From contig NC_042999.1 of the NCBI RefSeq assembly GCF_006345805.1, forward strand, positions 23,312,001 through 23,376,000: 64,000 nucleotides of DNA, in the 5' to 3' direction. This DNA is from Octopus sinensis. Lineage: Eukaryota. The position numbers and the translations under genes were made by a program. The notes under the pieces were generated by a model that saw only the letters and a list, made by a program, of their open reading frames with translations, made no database searches and had not been told where the DNA came from. Positions within the stretch are counted from its first letter, which is position 1. Each line of letters opens with the position of its first letter. Positions 37,871 to 50,626 of this stretch are shown piece by piece.

Positions 37871-40800
37871 TACATACACACACACATACATGCATACATA
37901 CATACATATACACATATACCGAGTAAAAAAATTCAGTTATCTCTCTCTTTCACACATTACTCTCTCTGTCTCTTCACACACACTAACAGAAGCACTTCAC
38001 TTACACAACATACTGTCTGTCTCCCACACTCCATCAAACACACACACACACACACATGTACATCAATGCGTCCCATGCACGGTAACTTCAAAAGAACTTC
38101 CCTTGTCATACAATCGCTTTCTCTTAGTCTCTTTCGCTCTCATTACTTATGTAAAAAAAATAAAAGTTTTTTACGGAAATCGACGGAAACCTGTGCTACG
38201 ACAAGCGAAACATTGCCGATATAGGTCTTATATTCGTCCTAAAAAACTTTCCTGTCACACACGCACGCACACGCACGCACACACACACACACCCTCACAC
38301 TCGCACGTTAGCTTACAATTTTATTTATATATTTGCGTGTCTATGTGTGTAAAGAGGAAGTGGCAGACTGAAAGAGTCACTCACTACAAAAGGTGAATTA
38401 CTTTCATTTTATTTGTTGCACACTGTGTGTGTGTGCGTGTGCGTGTGGTGTAAACCACATTAAGAAAAGCATTTGACACACACACCAGAATGTGAGTTTT
38501 CTGTAAATTTTGCTTAATTGGAGTTTAAATTTTAAAAAGTGGACCTAGCAAAACCCGATGCATTCTACTCTTAAAAATGCTAAGTAAATTGTAATTGAAG
38601 AAATCCTATATTGTAGATTTCTATAACTGACAAAGGGAGGCAGATAAAATCTGCCTTTTATAATAAGAGATATAAAGTGAGATAGGGGTTCTGAGTGTAA
38701 CCCATTACCTCAATACATCTGACTAATATGAGCATAATGAGATACTCTTATCTACAGGCTGAAACAGCTGTAAGATCCATTATATATGTATTATTCTTAT
38801 GGTATTATTTTACTTATTGATGTATATTGTTTTAATCTGTATTATTCTGTTGGATTTGGATGTTCCTATTTAATCTAAATAATTAGTTAATAAATTATAT
38901 GAATTGGTATAATCTGGTAGTTGATGATTGAAAGAAATCTATTCCTCCATTTTCTTATTTTGTATTATATATATATATATATATAAATATGTTTACCTCT
39001 TGAATTTCTTTCTCTTTAACCTGAAGCAGCTGGTCTGGAATACAGGCATTAATTAACTGCATATCAAGTTTGTGTTTACTCTCAAAGCTTTTGATGACGG
39101 ACTGGATTGTCTCTCTGTCAGCATTCTGGGACTGTATCTGATGAAGTATGTCTTTCCACTGGTGTTTGATCTGATGAGAAGAAAACAGGTTTTGATTTTA
39201 GAAAATATGAAAAAGAATTAAGATGAAAATAGTGGTAGTGATAAGGAATTGGAAAGGAAACCCAATCACATTTTAAAACTTAACAACCATAAAAGCAAGC
39301 AGAGTTGCAAAGAAAACAGATAAAACATGCCGAAGCAGGGAGTTGTGGGGTCAAATACAGTATAGGACACTTACCCAATATAAAACTTCATTTCTTGATT
39401 CATCTGTACCATCACAATTTTCTTTAGTGCTGGGTAAAAATTCAAGTAATTCAACAAGATATATAAATAGGTATTTCTGAATATTCATAGTTAGAAACAA
39501 TGAGATATATTCTACACAGAGCAAACATGCAAGTATATATGGATCAGAACTAGAGGAGAAATTTCAGGTGTGGAAACAAGGATTAGAATCAAAGGGCCTT
39601 AGAGTCAACCTAGCTAAAACCAAAGTCCTAATAAGTAGGAAGGCAGGCAAACCACAAATCCCTTCAGGTAGATGGCCCTGCTCGATCTGTAGAAAAGGCG
39701 TAAGTAGAAACTCTATAAAATGTACCCATAAGAGGTGCAGCAATATCAAAGGAAGGCTAACTGGGAAGATAGTTTTTGTTTGTGGCAAGATGCTCAGGAG
39801 CAATAAATAACACTGAAAATGTGCAGAGAACAACTTCTGTCACATTCCAGGGAGAAAAACTAGAAGTAGTTGATAGCTTCCGTTACCTAGGTGACCAAGT
39901 CAGTAGCAGGGGTGAGTGCTTTGAAAGTGTAGCTGCTAGAATAAGAATAGCCTGGGCAAAGTTCAGAGAGCTCCTACCTCTGCTGGTGACAAAGGGCCTC
40001 TCACGCAGAGTAAAAGGTAGACTGTATGATGCATGTTTATGAACAGCCATCTGGCTCACCAGTCCCCAGTCAAACCCATGCCAGCATGGAAAGTGGACGT
40101 TAAATGATGATGATGATGAATAGATCCTGAGAACTTTCAGAACAAGAGAGCAGGAAACTATGCTGGTTGCATAGAGGGCATTTGCCTCAGTTGTGTGGGT
40201 TACTGCTCTCAACTAAGTCTGCCCACATCATCATCATTGTTCAACATCCGCTTTCCATGCTGGCATGGGTTGGACAGTTTGACCGGGGACTGGCAAGCCA
40301 AGAGGCTGCGCCAGGCTCCAGTCTGATCTGGCAAGGTTTCTACAGCTGGATGCCCTTCCTAATGCCAACCACTCCAAGAGTGTAGTGGGTACTTTTTACA
40401 TGCCACCGGCACGAGAGCCAGTCAGGTGGGGGGTGGTATCAACCACGTTCAGATGGTACTTTTTACATGCCACTGGCACAGGGAGCCATTCCGGCGGTAC
40501 TGTCAACAACCTACATATGAATGGTACTTATTGCATGCCACCAGCAAGGGAGCCAGTGACCACAACTACAATTTCCATTTGGTTGTGATCTGATTTGATT
40601 TTGTGTCAAATTAATAGCATAACTTGAAGCAGTTCGGCAGTACCACACCAAGAAGATTGCATCAATAGAACAGCTGAGCTACAAGGAGAGACTGAAAGAA
40701 CTACAACTCTCCACCCAGGAGTGAAGACAGGAGAGGTGTGCAGTGATATACATATGGAAGATCCTGGATGGGTTGGCACCTGACTTTGGCATCAAGAGCT

Positions 40801-43800
40801 ATACAAGACACAGAACTGGAGCCGTTCAAGAATTTGGACCTGGAGATCTCCATTTCCAGCGACTTTGAGGGCCACCTCCTAGTGGTGCCGGGCATCAACA
40901 AAGAGCCCGCCCTTGACTACAAGACAACCAAAGTTTTTTTTTTTTTCCAAGATCTGGGGTCTCCCGCCCCTAAGCCCTAGACCATCACCTAATCACCCTT
41001 ACCTGTCTTGGTGCTTAACAACAACAGAACTGGACATCACTATATGGTTCCGAAGGTCCCAGCCATCCTATCTATAGTGAGGGCTGTATTGCAATAGCTT
41101 GGGATTCAAGGGCCCATGGCTGTGTAATACCATGCCAAAACACCTGAGAGATCTGCATGGAGTTGAAATGGATGCTTTCAGGAAACAACTTAACCTCCTG
41201 CTGTCAAAGGCCCCAGATGAGCTTACATTATGGCAAGAAACTTGAAAGAGGGCAGGAATATCAAACTCACTCCTTCACATAAGAAGGGTGATAATACTAA
41301 CAGTGCCCCAGTATGGCCACAGCCTTTGCACTGAAATGCTTAAAAGAATCAAAGAATATACATATTTTTAGACAGACAGACAATCACTCACTTGTTTTCT
41401 TTTAATGCATCCTTTAGACTTGAATTCATGCGGTTTATTTTTTTGAACTGGATTTTGTATTCTTCTGTGAGTTTCCTTGGGAAAGAAAAAAAAAAAATTC
41501 ATGAATTTCAGTACAATCTGTTAGTTTAGTGGAACATTTTGGCTGTTTACTCAGAATTAGTGCAAGATAGAATATATCTGGAGGTTGGAATCATCATCAT
41601 CATCATCGTTTAATATCCGTTTTCCATGCTAGCATGGGTTGGACAGTACGACCGGGGTCTGGGAAACCAGGAGGCTGCACCAGGCTCCAGTCTGATCTGG
41701 CAGTGTTTCTACAGCTTGGTGCTCTTCCTAACGCCAACCACTCTGTGAGTGTAGTGGGTGCTTTTTATGTGCCAGGGGAGGCTGGCAACGGCCACGATCG
41801 GTTGGTGCTTTTTATGTGCCACCGGCACGGAAGCCAGTCAAAGCGGCGCTGGCATCAGCCACGTTCGGATGGTGCTTTTTACGTGCCACCAGCACAGGTA
41901 TCACAACTACAATGTCCATTTGATTTTTATTTTGATGTTGATGTACTTGACTCAATAGGTCTCCTCAAGCACAGCAGGTTGCCCTTCGATCCCAGGTAAG
42001 CACAGCAGGTCGTAACTTTAAATTAAATCTATGGCAAATAGCTATATTGGACATGTACCATATATAACCTAAAACTATATCTGCTGTGATATACTCCCAC
42101 TTTGAGGAAAGTTCTGAACAATGAGACACCATGGGCCTCTACATGGTCACTCGACATGCTAGAAATAGCCACAAAATTTCCTTTACCCTTTTAACACCAA
42201 CTTACTTGAAATTGCCCCTAGATCTATGATGCAAATTCCCTGCTTTAAAGTGATCGAAATTAAAATCTTCCCTCAAAATTCCATATCAATTTATGTTTTA
42301 AACACCATGTAAATAATGAGACAGTTTTTTTCAATAAAATTTTTATCATTTTCAAAGTTTACTGAAACAAAGCAGTGAATTTCAACAAAAATATGGTAAC
42401 CAAAATGTTAAATTCAGAGACTGCATCTAAAAAATTTTTTCGAAATGGAAGACACATTGGATGGAATAGTACTAGGTATACTATGCCTAAGGAAAGTAGA
42501 CGAAGACACTTTTTCACTAGTGTAGCTAGAGTGTGTGCCACCCAGGGCAGCCTTTCAGTTTGTTGCCCCTGGGCCCCCACAAAACATACAAAATCCCTAC
42601 AGCAGACCTAAAAGTGGTGCTGCCCAGGGCAGACTGCACCCTCCACTCCCTTCTAGCTGCACTAGTTCAACTTTTACAACTAGAATGCTTTTGCTCTTAT
42701 GCCTGTTTGATGAGAGCTGACAAGAAGCTAAACTGCAAGATGATGCTCAGTTCAGCTTCTCTTGAGTTTGTGCTTATATTGTGTCTATGTAGATCAGAGA
42801 TGAGAATCATTTCACCGGAGATATTTAAGTAGCAGTTGTATACTGTCAACTTAATGTGACAGTCCCATGAAGGGAATCACACCACCGCTATTTAGCCCTA
42901 GGAAGCATCAACGCTTCCTGTCGGCCCTGACACATTTCCTGTGTCCTTATGTTTACAAGGGGGAGACAAGCACCCCCAACAACTAGGCCTGCATCCAGAG
43001 ACATGTTTCTGAGTCTTGCTCATCATCAGTCTGGAGCAGCAAAGCCTGCAGCTGAAGATACCTGTCTAGACTTGGTAAACATATATATATATATATATAT
43101 TTTCAATGAAGTATATTCACTGATCACCAAAATTAGAAATGTTAAATTTCTAAATATCTCAAAGAGATATAAGCAGTGGTGGAACGATAGAGCAGTTGTA
43201 TACTGTCAACTTAATGTGACAGTCCCATGGAGGGAATCACACCACTGCTATTTAGGCCTAGGAAGCATCAACGCTTCCTGTCGGCCTTGACACATTTCCT
43301 GTGTCCTTATGTTTACAAAGGGGAGACAAGCACCCCCACCTAGCTAAGCCTGCATCCAGAGACTAGTTTCTGAGTCTTGCTTGTCATCAGTCTGGAGTAG
43401 CATGGCTTGCTAGCTGGCTGCAGATGCTTGTCTAGGCCTTGTAAACATATAATAATTCCAGTGGAATAAATAAGTAGCGTTAACCTAATATTGTATGGAA
43501 ATGTCCAACTGTAAGCTTTCATGAGCCAATGAGGGCACTAACTTGGAAAAGCATGATGGTTCATTCCTTAAAACATAGAGAACAACCACAGATGTGTGGG
43601 TAAGAAGTTTGCTTCGCAAACCACAGTTACTAGTTCAGTTTCACTGTGTGGTACTTTGGGCAAGTACCTTCTACTATAGGTTCAGACAGAGCTGTGCCTT
43701 GTCAATGAATTTACTTGATGGGAACTTTGTGGAAGCCTGTCATATGCATGTGTATATGTGTGCATGTGTGTGATCATCATCGTCATTTAACATTTCTTTT

Positions 43801-45213
43801 TCCATGTTGGCATGGGTTGGATGGTTTGACAGGAGCCATACCAGGTTCCATTGTCTGTTTTGGTATGGATTCTACAGCTGGATGCCCTTTCTAATGCCAA
43901 CCACTCGACAGTGTGTACTAGATGCGATGTGTGTGTTTAGAGAGAGAGAGATAGAGTGAGGAATTGATAAAAACTATACACAAGGCACAGGAGTGGCTGT
44001 GTGGTTGTGGTAAGTAGCTTGCCTACTAACCACATGGCTCTGGGTTCAGTCCCACTGCGTGGTACCTTGGGCAAGTGTCTTCTACTATAGCCACAGGCCG
44101 ACCAAAGCTTTGTGAGTGGATTTGGTAGACGGAAACTGAAAGAAGCCCGTCGTATATATGTATATATATGAGTGTGTGAGTTTGTCCCCCCAACATCGCT
44201 TGACAACCGATGCTGGTGTATTTACATCCCCGTAACATAGTGGGTTGGCAAAAGAGACCAATACAGTAAGAATAAGTCCTGGGGTCAATTTCCTTGACTA
44301 AAGGCAGTGCTCCAGCATGGCCACAGTCAAATGACTGAAACAAGTAAAAGAGTACAAGAAAATACTAGAGCTGTACAACTTAACAGATATGAGATGTTCA
44401 GGAGCTGAATATAAAGGGAGAGAGAGATTCCTAACACATTTAATGTAGAATCTAGGTGGTCAAAGATGGATTATTCAGATAACATGACAACGATAATGAG
44501 GAATGGAAGCGAATATAAGCTTACTTTGTAGCCTCTTGCCATTTCCAGTAGAGTTTTAGATTCTCATCAATGCTCACCAACAATGACTGGACATTTTTGA
44601 TTGTGGCACATTTCAGGATCTTCGGAATGTGGGCTGCTTGAGGAAGTGAGGGCTTCAGTGTTGGACATCTAAGATAACCATCTTTGATATTACCTACAGC
44701 AATAGATACAACAACAGAAAAAAAAATAATATATATTAAAGAACAGATATAAAGAAATAAGAACGCCTTACTTCCCTGGGCATGGATACATTGAAACTCT
44801 GACGTCTGGCAGCTGACTTGGCAGACACCCATAAAATTATCAACCATCTTACTAACAATAACTCTGAGCACCTTTTCAAACTCTACCTGTCTAACACCCG
44901 TGGACATGTTTACAAAGTTAGAAAACAGCACAGCTCCCATGACTTTCGGAAACATTTTTTCACGCTAAGAGTTGCTGAAGTATGGAACAAACTGCCGGCA
45001 TCAGTTGTTAGTTGTCGGAGCACTGCATCCTTCAAAACTTCCATGCTTCCTGAGATTTGCCAACACTACACCTGATTTTCTCCCCTCCAAACACACGCAA
45101 GCATGTATCTGACTCATACACTGTTCACTTTCCAGACATTTGTACATTACTGCATATGCTTTATACGCACTTTTGACAAGTTGTAGTGCACCTGAGCACT
45201 GTATACAATAATT

Positions 45214-45248
<35 letters not shown>

Positions 45249-48200
45249 AGAACAAAAATAATTAAAGGATCTGCAATTCATTAAGGGTCATAGAAGATGA
45301 CAGTTGTCATCATCTTTAATAAAAAATGCAAAATTTTGTTTGTCTGTTGGAGACGCCTGTACCTCTGTCTACATATATATACTCTACATATGTATATTAT
45401 GCCATTTTGGAATCAGGATAATCCTGGGACTGAAAATCTGCCCTTCATTTGGTTCTTGAACATCCAGCATTGGGATCAGATCTTGATGAGGGTCTGTTAT
45501 ATGCTAACAGTTGAAAATTCAAATTTTAAAAGAACTCCAAAAATTTGTGAACATACAAGTTTTTCCTTTAAACTGAATTTAAAGTAATACCATATTGTCA
45601 GGCTTCCAATAAATGCTTTATCATTACTGCCCTCTTTAATTTGGGGCTGCAGGAGTCAGGTTAAAAGTCTGCACAGAGTGTCGCTTTTAAGCTAGTAACC
45701 ATTGTTTTAACGTCTACTTTTTCTAGCTCACATGTGTAGAATGGAATCTGTTAAGTCAGGTTTTCTACAACTGGATGCCCTTCCTGTCAATTTTCACCTG
45801 TTTCCAAGCAAGGTCATATTTCTCCATAGTTAGACAAGTTTTTCACGGAAGACTTGAAAGGAACGATTTTGCTTGTATGATGATGATGCACATCCAACAA
45901 CTATTACATGCTGTCTAGACCAGGGTACACACACACACAAAGTGTGGCTCTCAAAGACACAAATGATGACTCTGAAGAGTACAGTTACTGAAACACTGTG
46001 ACCATAATAAAAAGACAAAAAAAAAGATATGTCTGAACGTATCAGCATATAATTTAGATAATCCCGCATCTCAATAACTGAAGCAAAATCTTGTAAGTTA
46101 AGACTAGATTAAGCTATGTTACAGAAAAAAAAAATCAGTGAAGAAGTAGCTATACAATAAATATAAAGAGAAAAAAAAATTTTTATTACATTCTTTTTTC
46201 AGTGTTTTGAGTAAAACATATCTGGACAAGTAGAAGAGGAATTGCTCAAATTTGTAACCTCCAGGTGACAGGAACAGAGATGGGAACACGGAATTAAATC
46301 CTGCTTCTGGATCCTCCTGGGAAATAGAAATAGATGAAAGACAAATTTATTTGGTTAGATATGATGGATTCTCTAGTTATATATGTCCCTGGAGAAGGAC
46401 ATCATGCTCGGAATGGTCAGTGGCAAGAGAATAAGATGCCGACCAAGAACCCACTGGCTTGACACCATCAGGAGTGAAACCGGAATGGACATGGCCAATC
46501 TGAAGGAAGCGGCCCAGGATAGAACTGACTGGAGGACACTGATCCAACGAGTGAACGAGAGTCAACTTCGACTGAGTGGATAGAGAGAGATATGTACCAT
46601 TTGTATTAACTTAAATGGAGATGAAAATATATATACATATATATATATATAATTAAGGGTTAAGCAACAAGTTGCTTCACCACATACCAAAAATTTAGAA
46701 ATAGCAGCCAAAAGACAGCTCATTTCTTTTTACTACAGATATGACTCCACAGATAACAATATTTGTAACTCACATAGGCAAAAAGAAGAAAAATAACGAA
46801 ATCAAACAGTCTTCGATTAATTATGGACACGTTTCTGGATTAGAATTATACAAATTCATTTCCATCCTCAACATAATATTTCGAGAATTTATAAATTTGC
46901 AAATGCTATGAACCTACCCTTTGCATCCCGATCAAGCGGGATGCAAAGGCATGGGTTTGATAGGAGCTGGCCAGGTAGAAGTCTGCACCAGACTTCTATG
47001 ACTGTCTTGGCAGGATTTTTACAGCTGGATACCCTTCCTTACACCAACCACCCAGCAGAGTGGATTAAATATATATATGTGTGTGTGTGTGATTGTTCCC
47101 CTTACTGCTTGACAACTGCAGTTGGTTTGTTTATGTCCCAATAACTTAGTGGTTCAGCAAAAGGGGCCAACAGGATAAATACCAAGGGTTTATTTATTCA
47201 CCTAAATCAGCATGGTTGCAATCCAATGACTGAAAACTAGTAAAAGATAAGACTAAGCAGACGAATTATGGTGAAAAATCAAAGAAAAACTTGAACCTAC
47301 CTGTGCAATTTTGTTTAGCCAGTTGCAAAGTTCCTTTCTGAAGTATTGTTCTTGCTTCTTGTCAAAGACTGGCCAGAATCCTCTGCAAGAAAGAAAAAAC
47401 ATGGTCCTTGGGATGGAAAAAGAGGAATTGTTGAAGCAAACATTTCCATAGCCAAATTATTTTTCTTAGCTTTACTGTGTGGGAACCAAGTATACTGTTT
47501 TGATGTATGTCCACTTGAGACAGGGGAACTTGTCTTCTGACAGAGAGGTCATCATATGATGATCATCATTGTTTAATGCCCACTTTCCATATTAGCATGG
47601 GTTGGACGATTTGACAGAGGACTGGTTAGGAAGGGCACCCAGCTGTAGAAACTCTGCCAGATCAGATTGGAGCCTGGTGCAGCCATCTGGTTCACCAGTC
47701 CTCAGTCAAATCATCCAACCCATGCTAGCATGGAAAGTGGAAGTTAAACGATGATGATAATGATTTCTTTACAATAAACACAAGGAGTTGCAAACATGCA
47801 ATGTAAAAACAAGACACACACCCTTCAAGAATACTGAGGCAGATGTTGTGTAACTCCTGCTAGATCAACCCTAACTGAGAGACCCTTTTATCAAAAGGCA
47901 TTCCAGCCAATAACCTTTCTGTCCTTTTACTGGACATTGCATTGTTGGACTACATTAACGTGTTGCTCCCATTTCAAGAAGAAAGAGTGTGATGAGAGAG
48001 AGAGATCAGGCTGCTACTTCTAGCAGGGTGAACACCATAAAGGTACTCCCAGCCAGCTTGAAATGAGGAAAATGAAAGCAAGAGAGAGAGAAAGACTTCC
48101 AGATGATTTACATCAATAGTTCTCAAGAGGGGTTCACATGACCCTTGGGGGCCCAGATAAGATTTTGTTGTTAAAATTTACATGCAACAAATTGGTTATA

Positions 48201-50577
48201 CTTCTATAATACAAAAGAGATTTCATAATTTTTTATACAAATCCTAATAATATTTAATGATAAAAATATAATAGGATTTTATCTAAGCATCAAATGGCTA
48301 TAGGGGTCCAGCTGAGTAAAAAAGGAATCATAAAGGGTCCATAGGCAAAAAAAAAAAAAATGTTGATTTATAGTTTTAGGAATAATAACTGTTTGCACAA
48401 AGTGTTTGAGTGAAATGAGGAAGAAAAAGGGAGAGGAGGAAGAGCAAGGAAAAGAAGGAAGAGGTGGTGCCAGAAACAGGTGAACTGAGTGGTGCGGGGG
48501 TAAATCTAGGAGTGAAACAAAATATATATATATATATATATAAAAGTAGGAAAAATGTGTTTTCATACCTGAATCTTGTTTTAGCTTCTTCAGGGTCCAG
48601 CTTCTCCATTAGAAAATAAAGGATTGGGAGGGCTCCTTTGTTGTTGGGTACAGCAAACATATTTCTGAAATGATAATAATCTCTTTTGTGAGTCACAGGG
48701 GCATAGATGAGGGGGACATCACAAGGACAGGCAACAATTTGTGTGGGGATTTATATAAGGGATAGGGCATCCAGCTATAGAAACCTTGCCAGTACAGACT
48801 GAAGCCTGATTGCTGCCTCCTGGATTACCAGTCCTCAGTCAAACCATCCAACCCATGCCAGCACGGAAAGCAGACATTAAACAATGATGATGATGATGCT
48901 AGGGTGAAAGAAGTGGAAAAGATAGTGAAATGTGACAGCAAAAGTATATACAGTATACAAATGCAGCCTCCTGGCTTCCCAGACCCCGGTCAAACTGTCC
49001 AACCCATGCTAGCATGGAAAACAGACATTAAACGATGATGATGATGCAAGTGTGTGATAAAATGAATGATGCAGTCCTTCTGATACAGGAGAAACTGGAT
49101 CGCATGACCAGTGGAGCACATCCTTTCTACCGGAAACGGAAAAGTAAATACTCCAGTCCAGCCAAATGTGGATTGGGGCAAGGTACTAAGGAGGCAACGT
49201 GAGCAGGTGTCACCTCTGCTTGACCTTTCAGAGATAATTTTCTCTCAGCCCATTTCTAAGTGAGATTGGCCATCCTGCATGTAACCTCGTCCCAGTTCTT
49301 CTCCACTGGGAAGTCGGGGCCAAACCAGACATCGAGCAATTTCACCATTTCACCTGTCCATCGACCTGCTGTGTTGTTTGTTGACATAGAATTGCCTCTG
49401 CAGTTGCTAAGCTGCAAGGGAGATCAACAACCTGAACATCTGCGGTGTCTGACACTATTATTGTGATGTCATCTGCATATGCCAAAACAAATCTCCCACA
49501 TCCCAGTTTGAAAGGATGCCCCTTAAGAGATCTAGCTTCCGCAGCAATGGCTCAAGTGCCAGAATGTATAGAAGAGATGACAGAGGACACTCCTGACAGA
49601 TTGAGTGTCAGACATGAAACAAGTCTTGAGAGGTGGCCATTTACTTTTAACACCAAGTGCCAGTGTGCATTGTTGCAATCCAGCCACTGAAAATGGGCCT
49701 GAAACCAGCTGCTTTTAGGACAACTGTCAAGAAGCGATGGTTGACCCTATCATGATCCAAACTGATCCAAGGCCCACTAATACCAGAATTGCTACCCATT
49801 CCCTCTATGGTGTAATGCGTGAGGTAGAGGTTGCCGTAGATGGATCTACTGAGGATAGCACATGTTTGAGCTTCTCTGATCAAACCATCCAACCTCTTAA
49901 AATTTTAGCTAAAGTAATATTGGTTTTAAATTTTGACACAAGGGTAGCAATTGCCAGGACAGGGGTTAAGACGATTACATCAACCCCAGTGCTCGACTGG
50001 TACACCACACATTCTCTTCCAATTAAGTTTTATATATATCATCATCATCATCGTTTAACATCCGTTTTCCATGCTAGCATGGGTTGGACAGTTCAACTGG
50101 GGTCTGGGAAGCCAGAAGGCTGCGCCAGGCCCAGTCTGATCTGGCAGTGTTTCTACAGCTGGATGCCCTTCCTAATGCCAACCACTCCGTGAGTGTAGTG
50201 GGTGCGTTTACGTGTCACTGACACGGACGCCGGTCAGGCGACGCTAGTGTAAATATTTGTGTGTCTGTGTTTGTCCCCCCAACCTTCACTTGATAACTGA
50301 TGTTGGTGTGTTTACATCCCTGTAACTTAGCAGTTCGTCAAAAAGAGACCAATAGAATAAGTCCTGGGGTCAATTTGTTCAACTAAAGGCAGGGCTCCAA
50401 TATGGCCACTGTCAAATGGCTGATGTAAGTAGCTTGCTAACCAACCACATGGTCCCAGCTTCACTCCCACTGTGTGGCATCTTGGGCAAGTGTCTTCTGC
50501 TATAGCCCCAGGCCAACCAATGCCTTGTGAGTGGATTTGGTAGACGGAAACTGAAAGAAGCCTGTTGTATATATGTG

Positions 50578-50626
<49 letters not shown>

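Larger units (their letters stand above)
42831..43451 (-). repeat. Direct repeat with two copies (42831-43085, 43191-43451) and a 360-bp period, each carrying a hammerhead ribozyme; retrozyme/Penelope pLTR-like
   Basis: The first 148 nt of the two copies differ at only 5 positions, and both contain the hammerhead core on the minus strand. Confidence 0.85.

Noticed and set aside
44521-44955. 144-aa ORF
   Set aside because: Chimeric read-through of antisense CR1 sequence, intron and HAUS6 exon 6.
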